From Hydrurus foetidus (lineage: Eukaryota), in the NCBI GenBank assembly GCA_900617105.1, contig UYFQ01000335.1, forward strand, positions 108,415 through 128,414: a stretch of 20,000 nucleotides of DNA. The letters are read 5' to 3'. The translations under genes were made by a program, and so were the position numbers. The notes under the pieces were generated by a model. The model ran no database searches. It saw only the letters and a program-made list of their open reading frames with translations, and was not told where the DNA came from. This document shows, piece after piece, positions 1 to 11,161 of the stretch. The first letter of the stretch is position 1. Every line of letters begins with the position of its first letter.

Positions 1-61
1 AATAAATTACAATTTGCATTATCACTATCGTATTCATAACAACAAACAAGAAATAATTGTA

Positions 62-976
62 CTACACAAACATACCAGTGTGTTTCCATTTCGTTAATGT
101 TTTTTTTTCTTCATTTGAAACTAAAATGAAAATTCTACCCAAACAAAGTGAGAATCGAAATGCACCCACAGTCAGGTGTAGCATGGACCCTAGACCTTTA
201 TCCTCAGATGGCGGCTCAAATAGCAAAAATTTAGAATTAGCGCATGATCTTTTTGATAGGGGAAAGCGGTGTGTGTTTATATTTTCTGAATAGGGAGGGG
301 ATGGATTGTTGTCCTTACTAGGTGGTGTTCTGCGAAGTACGTATGCTTGATGCTGTTCGATCTGTGAGTGTTCTGCATTCGATTCAGGGAATTGCCAAGA
401 GAGCAATCTACGCTGCATTTCTTTACTATGGTCGCACCACACAGGTTCTCCGCAATGCTGATCTGCGTGATGAGTGGAGAAAGGGGTGCAGACTATGGGG
501 TTGAAGACATCCCCCCGTAGTGCATCATCAGTGAAATGAGTGCGACTGTGAATATCCCGAATAGAGTCGTTGATATCTACAACAAAGTTTTCGTTGTTCG
601 AATTCCCTGCGGTGCAGTACGACTGTGATATCTGGTTGTTTTTATTATCCCGATTCTGATCATCAAACGCTGTGCAGGTTTTCAACCGAATGCCTTTGAA
701 GCACTTAGAAGCAATCTGCGGTCGACAAAAACATCAGTCGGAATGTGTTGGGAGATTGCTAGGATTAGAGTATTCAATATGTTGAAGCGACGAACTGACC
801 GTGTCTAGTTCCTCTGGTGTTAAGGCTTGGTTTGCGAGAGATAGTTTCCCGTAAATTAATGGCAGATCTTGAGACATCATGCAGCAGATTTGCCATGATA
901 AGAAGCCTAACCGTACAGCAAGATTTTTCATAGTTTGAGCTCGGATTTCCTCGGCAGCTACTTCCGAAAATGCTTG
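62..976 (-). pseudogene. Hypothetical coding region interrupted by one in-frame TGA (734-736); possible pseudogene or gene relic
   Basis: ORFs 734..931 and 62..685 share a frame, and the 48 nt between them are open (CFCRPQIASKCFKGIR). The frame is also open upstream to 976, giving about 300 codons with one internal stop. No recognisable domain. Confidence 0.3.
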
Positions 977-1811
977 TCAGTTCACACTAAAACAGATGCT
1001 GACACCATATGAATGCGGTGGATTCGCAGCTACATGCAACAAGGACGGTGTTGAGGATTACTCATTGCCCAATCGCCTCAAACATCGAACCTGTGCAAAG
1101 TTCACACCTCACAGTTTACAGCATATTGCATGCATGAGAGATGAGAGATCAAGATCAGATGGGTGCATTATTTTCAATTTAATTTCACACAGAATTTTGG
1201 TTGATTTTTCGAGCACTGGTATTTCGTGTAAATTTTTATTTTTTATTTTTTGTGTGAATGTTTTTTACCATATAGTGGAAAGAAGAGGGAGACTACAAAG
1301 CCCGTGGGTTCTGCTGATTTCGAAATAGAAACGCTGTATATGAGTGCACTAGCTCGGATAATTGCCAAAGTAACTGACGCAATAGTTTTAATTGATGCTT
1401 TAACTTTCGTATTCGATGGCAGCTGTTATCTTTCTGTCACAATGTAGGAGAGGACAAAATACTTTTTATAATAGTAGTTTATGACCAAATAGCACTTATC
1501 ACCTACTGATGGAAACAAGTAAACGCTGATGAAACTTTGCGTAAAAGAACAGAGCATAGATGATATTACATAGATGAAAACATATTCACTCTGTTCTGTT
1601 GCGGAGTTAGTTTTAGAAGTAAAAACGAAAATATATCGCTCTGCACAGTTGCGGTGTCAGAAGTTCACATTTAGTTTTCAATATCCGTTGTGGTGAGGGC
1701 GACTACAAACTACCCTAAGATCGTCGTAGCAGATTGTTGTTACTGCCCATGTGATTTGGTGGCCACTGCTGAATGAAGCCCCTCTCGAGATTAAACGCTG
1801 ACTTAATCAGT

Positions 1812-2036
1812 TCACCTTCTTGTTGAGGTGTACAAAGAATACTGCTTCAATTTAGCTCCTCTCATGCTCGTTCCGAATCCATAGGATGGAGCGGAAGTCT
1901 TATTTGATATGCTTTGTCTCTTCATAGAGCTTACTTGGCCCATCTGCATATTACTCTTCTCCGAAATAACACATGCACACGCTGACGTTTTCCCCAAAAC
2001 TTGCTTACCCAGAGTGATGATGTTGAGTTGGGAGTC
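1812..2036 (-). pseudogene. Terminal exon or fragment resembling repeat-containing ciliary proteins (SHIPPO/ODF3-like 'SLGKQ..S...SAPS.GFGT' repeats)
   Basis: Open frame 2036->1812 reads DSQLNIITLGKQVLGKTSAC...VSSMKRQSISNKTSAPSYGFGTSMR... It is preceded by TAG (2039-2037), which could be a splice acceptor. No upstream exon found. Family call rests on motif resemblance only. Confidence 0.3.
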
Positions 2037-2093
2037 CTACCGTACACTACAGTAGAGTACCGTATAGCAGACAAAATACAAAATAAAACGATT

Positions 2094-2149
2094 GTATTTT
2101 GTATTTTGTATTTTGTATTTTGTATTTTGTATTTTGTATTTTGTATTTT
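2094..2149. repeat. (GTATTTT)8 heptamer tandem repeat, with about two inverted copies (ACAAAATACAAAATA) at 2071-2085
   Basis: Read directly from the sequence. Confidence 0.95.
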
Positions 2150-2345
2150 TATTTAGTACATACAAAGGAATGAGAGATGAGGGATGAGAGACGTACGAAA
2201 GCAAAAAGCAAAAAGTTCAACGTTTAAAATTTTTTAAAAGCGCTCTCAAGAAGTTTCATAGTAATTCGTAACACTCAATACTAGCAGTCAGTAGTACACA
2301 GAAGTCATCAGAACTAAGAAAAGCGCCAAGAATCACGACGCAATC

Positions 2346-3088
2346 ATGATCCTCGCCGAGCCAATTGTTCGAGGGCTGCAAGTTGCCGGCCCTGCTTTCT
2401 TTCTGTCATTTCAAGGCAGCGCGATAAAGACAGCTCTACAAATAATAGCGGATAAGTCAGTCGGTCCCCTCAGTGCATTCCCATTCGTATCACTACTAAC
2501 CAATTGTGTTATTTGGTCGTATTATGGACTACTGAAGTCAGATATGACAGTCCTAGTGCCTAACGCAGTAGGTGTTTTGACAGGAGTCGGCTGTACTATG
2601 GGATATCATAAATTCGCAACTAAGAAGCCCTTGTCAATGTACGCTGTTGCGGCAGCGATTATCGCGTTCTCTTCAGTACTTGCTGCCCAAGGAAATTTCC
2701 AATTGTTAGGATCTCTTGGCTGTGTTCTAGCCGTGATTCTGACGGGATCTCCGCTGGTGACTTTGCGGACTGTCATCAAAGAAAAATCAACAGCGGCGCT
2801 ACCACTGATGACAAGTTTGTCCGGTTGGCTTAATGCTTGCTCGTGGTCACTGTACGGAATGCTTGTCGCAAATGATCCTATGGTGAGCTACAGGGTTACT
2901 AATGACACATAATTGATTAACCCACACACTGCTAACACTTAAAAACGCCTAAAATTTACTGATTGAAACAGATATACGGCCCAAATTTGATTGGCTTATT
3001 CCTCGCGACTATTCAGATGAGCCTCTACGTGTTCTTTGGGCTCCCACCTAGTGCGAGTGTTAAGCCTGCGAAGTCATTATTCGATTGA
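2346..3088 (+). CDS. SWEET: SWEET / MtN3-saliva family sugar transporter; exons 2346-2882 and 2972-3088 (217 aa)
   Basis: Two MtN3 repeats: 'KSVGPLSAFPFVSLLTNCVIWSYYGLL...VPNAVG' and 'SPLVTLRTVIKEKST..LP......NACSWSLYG...DPM|IYGPNLIG'. An 89-nt GTGAG...CAG intron (2883-2971) restores the final TM helix. Stop TGA at 3086-3088. Confidence 0.92.
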
Positions 3089-3898
3089 CTGGAGGAGGCT
3101 AAACCCTCGGCGACTTAAACTGAAATTGTGCCCGTGTAGATTCCTGGGAATTTTCAAAACATACGCCGATGTAGTTTAGCTAGTAACCAAATATTTTATT
3201 CTCTTCACACCTACTTGCTCTTACTGTTTCTGCGTACGTGCAGTCACCGCTCGGAGTCCCTCTGACTGCTCATATTGCCTTCGATTGACTTCCTCCGAAA
3301 TTTCATAATTTGATACTTCGTGACGCAGTGGTACGGTTTGCCTCGGCTTCTTCTGTTTTTACGACTGATATCGATGACAATAAGTACTCATACGATTCCG
3401 TGAGATGTAGTTGCTCGTTCTGATTTACGTCGGGTAGACTAGACTAACTTCACTGCCAACAGCAGCGTCTGATTTTCAATCCAACTTTAAACACGTCCAT
3501 GAAAATATATTGGAATAGCAGCTCTCTGGATTCGATGTTCCATCGTGCGATACGCAATCAGCATTGTCCTCACGACCCTTTGTAACCATTGATGGACAGA
3601 TTACCCTTCTAAAAATACTTCCCCTTCGAACAAAAATAGACTTTCTAATCGTAGTTATCTCTATGAAACCGACAGCAGTCGATGGTAAAATGAGCGGAAG
3701 GAGCAGCGAAATGCGCTCATCATACTGGACAACATAATTTCAGCACGGGAAGAATTTTTCGTATGGGCAGTATCTTTGGAAAGATGCGCAGTAGTTCATA
3801 CTATAACGATTTGAAGTAGGCGGAATAAGGTTAACACAGGTAAAAGTGTAGACAGTGACAATACAAGTGTTCTTCAGTTATGACCTCTGTTTTACTTT

Positions 3899-3922
3899 AT
3901 TCATTCATTCATTCATTCATTC
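3899..3922. repeat. (ATTC)6 microsatellite followed by degenerate ATTT repeats
   Basis: Read directly from the sequence. Confidence 0.9.
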
Positions 3923-4618
3923 ATTTATTTATTTACATTTATTTACATCTATTTATTTTTCATATAAAAATATATGCATATTGATAATGAAGAAGTCTTT
4001 TAAAGAGTCCAATTCCGTTTCCATGCTATTCTCTACACAAAGAAATGTGTCATGGACCTGAACACTAGAATTGCGAGTTTTTGATGAAAATTCAATCGAA
4101 CTTCAGATTCTGGAAGCAACTGATGAGTTCTACAAGATAGGCTATAGTTTGCTGCTGGAGGGATATCCCCGCCTCGGTGATTTTTGAAAAGTTTATCGAC
4201 AATATCTGTTCTAGATTTACAAATCTAGTTTTACATTCAATAATATCTCATTCTTCACGGAAATTTCAAGGCGAACACAACCGTATAACCCGTTTTGCAC
4301 GAAACACGAAAACGAAATTTTAGGCCATTATTTCCGTACAGATACAGAAAAAAAACACGGATACGAAATTCCACTCTTTTGAAAAGAAAAAAAACTTTGG
4401 AACTCAAATTCCAATAATTCTTACCATACACGGTATAGATACAGCGGGACAGTGGGTTGGAGCCCAACATGTCGATTGGCCTCATGTCAACTCGATAACT
4501 TCACTTTCAGTTTTAAAAACTTCATTCGCCAGTCGCGAAGCCACCCGATGATACTGTGAAACAGAATCATCGTGCATGGTGATTGAAGAAAAATCACACC
4601 GATCCCTTTACCGTTGTA

Positions 4619-5032
4619 ATGCCGACTGTAGCGTCTGGGAGGAAGAGTAGAAACAGCAGCTCCCCCACAAGAGGTAATGCTTTGATTGGCGACAGCAGCT
4701 TCGTGAGCCGCTCCACCGTTAGCAGTAGACTATCCTGGTCAACGATCGAGGATATTGAAAAACAGCTTGCATACTTACAATGGCGAAAACAAAGGAATGA
4801 CCGGGCAATTAAAGATACTCTTGAATCAACGAGGTTGCTGAAGAATAAAGACCTGCAGAAACTTTCAGCCGAAGCACATGATTTCTCTAGAAAGCACGAC
4901 TTCTTCGAGAGAGAATTGTCTAAACCGCTGACCCTGAAACAGTACCAGGTCAATAGTCTCGCGACAATCAGACTGAGAAGCCCGGCCCGAGTACCTTGCA
5001 GTCCCACGAGAAGTTTGCATCCAGCCAAGTGA
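4619..5032 (+). CDS. Hypothetical protein (~137 aa) with Ser-rich N-terminus and a likely coiled-coil segment
   Basis: First ATG of the 4583..5032 ORF is at 4619. Composition is protein-like (IEDIEKQLAYLQWRKQRNDRAIKDTLES...). No recognisable family. Confidence 0.55.
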   Translation: MPTVASGRKSRNSSSPTRGNALIGDSSFVSRSTVSSRLSWSTIEDIEKQLAYLQWRKQRNDRAIKDTLESTRLLKNKDLQKLSAEAHDFSRKHDFFERELSKPLTLKQYQVNSLATIRLRSPARVPCSPTRSLHPAK

Positions 5033-6005
5033 CTACAACTTAAAGGATCGAGGCTTCCACAATCTAAACGAACAGCTTATCTTGGGACGAAGAGGGACAT
5101 TACTTTCGTCATTTTATCATTTTCTCATGATTCCCATCGAAACTTTATCGGGAATATATGGACCATTTTACTTCTTGACATTTCAAGCAAAAGGCCCGAA
5201 AATGAAGTATATGTTACTCATACGTCTTTACATTGAGTAGTGTGCTCCGAATCAATATTCGGCGAAGAAGTGCTTTATAGGCAGCACTTCAGTTCACGAT
5301 TTACTGTATTGCGTTTCCATCAATCCCATAGCATAATGATTCTCTCTCGGGGTAGAATAGTTCCAAGGCATTTTCGAAGTGTTGAGGGCTTCATAACACC
5401 ATTTCATTTTACATCTGAGATTTTCAAGGCAACGAAAAAAAAATCCTTTATCTGGGAACGAGGATGAATCAAACTGGACATATATTTGGTGAATAATACT
5501 AATTACAAGTAACATTAGTAATGAAATGTTACATATGCATCTTGAGGGCCAGAATGTGACAGCGATGTAAATTGCGTAGCTATCTCATGACAACATAATA
5601 CATTTCAATTGGGAAACACATGATTCTTTCGGGGCAGATAATTCGCTCCCAGAAAAATGGCTTGAAGTACGTGCGGAAAAAATCTTTCAAACTCATACGA
5701 GTAGAAGAGGTCACGCACTTCTCGACTCTCGATGACTACCCCGACGAATTAGAAAGCGAAGAAGATGAGAAGAAATGTAGAGCTTGAAAAATTGTGAACT
5801 TCGTTTACTACACGGTATATTTCTGTATCACCGGATAACAACTGCCAATAGGAAGCGTGCCTTGAAGTGTCGCGTCGCTCGTTGACAAGATCGTTACGAC
5901 CATGGTCAGTACTTTAGTGCGTCCATCTGACATTCCATAAACTGTCATTTGGCGCAAAGAAGTGCAGTCTCAATGCATCTGTTATTTGGCATGCGAGGCG
6001 TCGCC

Positions 6006-7473
6006 ATGAGGAATTTTTTATTCTTGTTCATCGTCCTCTGCCTTCAGACACGTACAACTGAATGTCTCAGGTCAGCTGACTTGATGAGATCTAGATCTCT
6101 CAGAGTTTTCTCAGGTCCGCAGTTACCGACCGTCACTCGTTCGACGAAGCGGAACCTCAAGGTTGTGCTCTTATGATTTGCATGGCGTATTGGTGTATTG
6201 GAAAGAAAGGCATGATAGTGCTAGCATGTGAAGAGTTGACACGCTCATGAAATCATCCATCGTCGTTTCCGCTTAACCCGTTTCTCAGCTCCTATTTGTC
6301 CTCGCTTTGCTTGTTCTCGAGTCATCTTCCGAAGTTTTTGTGCGCTTGCCTCAGCAGCTTATATATGGTTCGACTCCTCAGTACACATCTACGAGAATGG
6401 CGAATCAGGTTCGTCGCATTCATACAATCTTCGAACATTGTGCCAAATCGGTTAAAGCAAGCTCGATCCTACAGAGTTTATTTTAGAGAATACGATTCCC
6501 CTTCTATGATAGGACTCAGTTGTGCTGATTTTTCCCGGAGCGGCAGGTCCAGACAGCAGCACTGAATTGCTGAAAGAGCGAATCCTCAATAGCGACAAAG
6601 AGAACGGTAAGCTCGTGAGATTTGCATCATCGTATCAAACGCGGTATTACCTATGGTTTCCTGTGTGAGGGATTCATTTACCTACTGCTCTTCATTCAGG
6701 CATCAACAGATATGTGGAAGTTTATGACTGGCTGAAATGGAGAGGAAACTTCTTGAGAGCTAGTTTCGATTCGCAAATTGTCGGCAATACGGTGTGTTCA
6801 GTGCTAGCTGATGCAGAGAAGCAGCAGGGGGAAATAAAGAATCTGCACGTCATAGGCGTCTCAGTTGGCGCTTTTGCTGCTGACTCTTGCATAAAGATTT
6901 TCAATAAGGTGCGGATCAAACTTATTATCTCACTGAGCCAATGGCGACACATAGCTGCTACACGTAATTAGAAGGCTAATGAGAGAATATGCATCACATT
7001 CATTCTAATGAAAACTTTTTGACTTGTTAGGATTCCCACCCTCAGCTCGAGACGCGACTTACACTGCTGGATCCCTTCACTAGCAAAGGGGTATTCGGCT
7101 ACGGATGGGGGGCCAAAAACTTCGGAAAGGGTACGGAATTTCTCTTCGTATAACTTGTGAACAATTAGTGAATATAATCCCTGACTTCTATTTTACCCAA
7201 CTGATATGATCAGGTGCTGATGTCACGGAGGATTATATGAACAGCGATGATCCAGTGCCCACCACGAACGAGCCCCTCCCTTTGGCGTATACATTTGATG
7301 TCACCAATAGCATCTCAAAGACCGAATTCAAACCCAGAGATGGTGACAGCATGCACTCCTGGCCGATAATGTTCCTCGCTCAGAATTGGCAGACAGTCGT
7401 TGACGACAAGGGTAAGCTGCTGATGCCAACTGCCGAGACAGAGCCCATCGGAGAAGTGTACATCGTTCCTTAA
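6006..7473 (+). CDS. Alpha/beta-hydrolase (lipase/esterase-like) with N-terminal signal-like peptide; exons 6006-6161, 6289-6408, 6513-6606, 6700-6908, 7031-7130, 7214-7473
   Basis: Five GT-AG introns join in consistent phase. Motifs: 'LIFPGAAG' oxyanion region, 'LHVIGVSVGA' (GxSxG nucleophile), 'LTLLDP', 'DDPVP' (acid) and 'MHSWP' (His). The boundaries of the first two exons are less certain. Confidence 0.85.
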
Positions 7474-7758
7474 TAGCAAGAAGCGCATCACAGCGATTTG
7501 CAGAATGCTGCAATTGTCAGCTAATTTATTTTATGTCCTGGGAGAGGACTACATGCTCTGTCGTCATTCTGTCTCGAGAATGAACATGCACAATACATGA
7601 TTTACATGCTGCTACGATTACTTACTGTTCATATATTTATACTCGCGAAGTGAATAAGAAAACACTTCCACACCATATAATCTACTGGCAGTAAAAGTCA
7701 ATGGTGCGCTCTAATGGCTGTGATTAAAGATGAGAGATGAGACTTTCGCTAGCGCACA

Positions 7759-7816
7759 ATGGCATAAACAGATGTTGCATACGAAATATGGCACAAATAG
7801 ATGTTGCATACGAAAG
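7759..7816. repeat. 29-bp imperfect tandem duplication (ATGGCA(T/C)AAA(C/T)AGATGTTGCATACGAAA(T/G))
   Basis: Copies at 7759-7787 and 7788-7816 with 3 mismatches. Confidence 0.85.
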
Positions 7817-8195
7817 ATGCCTCACGATCAATGCCGCATGTCTCCTACGATCAGTGGCTTATAAAATCATTGTAATAATCGTCCATAGCGTTTGAAATCG
7901 TCCAAGAGATTTCAACCTCTGGGTGATGAAGTACTGTAAACTGAGTCCAGACGCTGTCAGATAGCCCGCTGACGTAATAAGCAAGTGCCGTAGAGTAGTG
8001 CAAATCGATTACGTAACTCTATAATTGCAAACTAGAATAAGAGTGTACATAACGAAAAATGCTGTTGCCATCTCAAAAATAGACCTGCATTCCTATCGAT
8101 TGAACCCCTTGGAGTTCGAAGCTAGCGGAGTCAGCTTGTTTGTAAGGTACTGTAACCGCATAGCGGGGTGGGAATTAGAAGGGCTGGAGTGACTG

Positions 8196-9300
8196 CTACA
8201 ATCTGTAGGGCAGTAAGTAATTCATACATTGGAATACTGTAATGTGAGTGGTTGTGAAAGAGGCTGGTAGAATTGACATACCTGACATGAATAAAACACG
8301 TTGCTGTGCCCCATGACATGCACAGATTGATTTTTTCTAACAGACTGAAGACATCCGATGGGAGACGGCTAGTGAATGTGATGAAACGGGATCCTGAACG
8401 CATGAGAACAGCTTTCTCTGCTATCAGTTGCATCAGTTCAGCGTTGAAGCATGTCGAATTAGCGAACACTATGTCAGCATTTATCCAATCAGCAACTGCC
8501 GCCTCAAACAGAAAATCACCCTCAGAGACAATTAGAGAGCATTCTCTCCTAGATGCGAATATATTTTCGTATTCATTTGACTTAATTATTTCGCTGTATG
8601 AATTTACCGCTTCAACTGATATGGTAAACAAATCCTGAAGTAGTTCAATTCCCTTTATAGACTCAAGTTTATCACCGAAAAGCAGTGATGCAGCGACCTA
8701 AAGTTCAGCAGAAAGTAAGAATGGTCAAATTTTACTGTAAAAAGGCATCATGGTCTGATTACAGATCACAATTAATACCATTGCTTTCCCTGTCCCGTGT
8801 CCGAGGTCATACAACGTATCACCATTGTTAATTTCAACTCTTTCCAACAGGTAACAAAAGGATGACATATCCACCTCACCGTATACTTTTGCCGACAGCT
8901 TTTCTGTCTCATCAGTTTGACAATCGCCAGTCAACCTACGGACGTTCATTTTGGCTACTCTTTTCGAACTTTCTGAGGAATAATCTTTGAAAACTTGTGA
9001 GAATATAGCATCACACTCCTGGTAGGAGTACTTGGAGATACGTTTTGAGAGCAGATTCTTTAAGTGTTTTGCCTCTGCAATACAGGATCCTTTACTGGAT
9101 AACTCCTCTGCAACCTCATGAAAGATGGAGTATTTCGTGATTATTCCCAGCTCAAAAGAAGGTAGTGACGATGAGACCATGGCAAGGATTAAGTGGTAGG
9201 CATTACTGTCAACTTGGCAATCGCTGGAGGAAGAGTTCATGTCGGGTTGTTGCTGTTTGTAGTAGATATTACTGCAAACTTACTGATCAATAGCCTCCAT
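8196..9300 (-). CDS. DOT1-like class I SAM-dependent methyltransferase; exons 9300-9284, 9205-8779, 8697-8282 and a probable short last exon 8202-8196
   Basis: Motifs YGE, YDLGHGTGK (motif I), GIEL, GDF, ANSTCF and MSWG match the DOT1 catalytic core. Introns GTAAGT..CAG (78 nt), GTATT..TAG (81 nt) and GTATGT..CAG (79 nt) keep frame. The last acceptor is uncertain, with alternative AGs nearby. Confidence 0.82.
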
Positions 9301-10512
9301 TAAGTGCGTTATCCGTTATCGCTGGTACCGTGTACCGAACCTGGCAGCTGGCAGTGTTGTCGCGAGAGGTGTCAGCTTGTTCAACCCCCCGTCCCTTGCG
9401 AAGTGCAACAAGCTAACAATATAAAATATGATGATTTGATTCGATTACTCGCCTTGCATAATATGGAATGGAGGCATAAAGATGAGATCATCGGAATCAA
9501 CAAATTGAATTTCGTATTACAATATTCTATTCTAATTTTCCATTCTTTTGGTTACTATTTCTACTCTATATGGAACCTAAAATTATGATTCACCGCAACT
9601 TGATTATCCTTTACGCAACTGTTTTCTCGCGTGATATTGTACGGTACGGTAGCGAGGAAAATATACTGTCACGTACAGATTGATACAAAAACTTGCATGG
9701 GGGGCTTTCGCGTAAGGATTTTCCTTTTAATGTGAATTGTAGCCCCGAAGTAGGGTGGGATGAGAGTTGCTTGTACGTCCCCGTCCGGTCCACCCTGAAA
9801 TCAATTTCTCTTCGCAAGAAGTCATACCATGTGGAATCGATGAGATCCGTCTAGCTATATTCCTCGCGAATAACTAACCATATTATCAACGTCATCTATG
9901 GCAAGCAATTAAACTTCGCATCATGAACTCTCCAAGATCATTTGAGTTACTGAATCCATGACATGAGGCTGTTTGCTAATACATCATAAGATGCATCATA
10001 TCGTAGTAAAATGCTGTTGATACGACATCATATCGAACTTCGTCGTCAATTGATTCTTCTTCATCCTCATCGAGATATCAGTAAAGGGATACCGAAGGGA
10101 TAAGGCCACATTTACGAGTGCCTTATAGACAGCAGACAGCCCATACACCGTTCACCATACGCCGTACGTGCACAAAGTTGTGAACGCACTTTTAAGTGAT
10201 GCCGGGAACTTTTGCACTCGTGGATTGGGTTGTCTGGATCGAAGTCGGATCGGAACCGGTGCGAGCCGCTCCTTTCCAGATCCAAAGTACAAAAGGCTTG
10301 TATACGAAATTCCTTGCGAAATTTTGAGAGGTAGAGTACAGGACAGAACACAGAGCGGATGTGGATGTAGATGTAGAACACAATACAACACCTGTTTTTA
10401 ATTTTGTGTGCGCACGCATACTATACGGTTCTGTACGCATCTCACTGAGTGTTTGTCGCAAATCTTTCAGTTTGTTGCAACTTTTTGTGCAAGTCTTCGG
10501 TGTGTATACTTA

Positions 10513-11081
10513 CAGGCTGGTGTCACCAAGAAAGACGGTAAAAATTCAGACTCAAAGCCACGAAAATCTACAGCACGGTTTCGTACACTTCGAAGCGTGT
10601 CAGAACCGTGATTTTGAGCTTAGTGAACTGCCGTCAATATAATTTTTCACCAATCGCCATCACCAAATTCAGGTGAGGATTTCAATTTGAGTCACCACGT
10701 TGACGCTCTTCACAACTCAACCAGAGCAATAAGAAAATTTATACTGACGGCATCTCAAAGAGGACGCAACGCTGAATCAGCCGATAGTCTCACCTTCAAT
10801 CAGCGCCCAGTGGAATTTTGTGGAAGCTTCCTTGAATTTTGGGGGCTCTTCCACCAGGTGTTCCATCATATCAGGATTTAGAGCACATGCGAACGAAACA
10901 GAGCACTCATCGCAACATCATGGAAATCGACCATAGCTTCGTGCAAGGGAACTAATTTGAGCATTTATGCACTCATTCTTATGCTTAGTCACTCATATTC
11001 TGACTGCTTCACCACCTAATATTCCTAAAACTCAAATCTGTCAGCTTGATTTTTTTTGCCTTTCTTGGTGACACCAGCCCG
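10513..11081. mobile_element. Non-autonomous DNA transposon (MITE), Tc1/mariner-type, 569 bp
   Basis: 22-bp TIRs CAGGCTGGTGTCACCAAGAAAG (10513-10534) and CTTTCTTGGTGACACCAGCCCG (11060-11081), one mismatch. TA on both flanks (10511-10512, 11082-11083). No transposase ORF. Confidence 0.85.
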
Positions 11082-11161
11082 TAGTGTATTTAGATTGAAT
11101 ATCATACAGTTTTAATACGTTTTCTTACTGAATCTTGCAAGTTAAAGAGATTTTTCAAACC

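Noticed and set aside
3220..3800. Coding-looking minus-strand stretch downstream of SWEET
   Set aside because: The best frame has four internal stops in about 190 codons, with no recognisable motif or clear splice model.
4255..4445. Cluster of ACGAAA/ACGG motifs resembling transposon subterminal repeats
   Set aside because: No paired TIR or TSD found. It may simply be the promoter of the 4619 gene.
4594..5028. 144-aa antisense ORF, and other antisense or overlapping ORFs over DOT1-like, gag and pol
   Set aside because: Shadow frames of better-supported coding sequence with no motifs of their own.
10157..10508. Degenerate inverted repeat (TGCACAAAGTTG / CAACTTTTTGTGCA), possible older MITE
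   Set aside because: The match is short and gapped and no TSD is identifiable.
11060..11086. Right MITE end reads CACTACGGG on the minus strand, suggesting a CACTA element
   Set aside because: The left end has no matching CACTA (CTTACAGG). Symmetry stops at TA on both sides, which fits a TA TSD.
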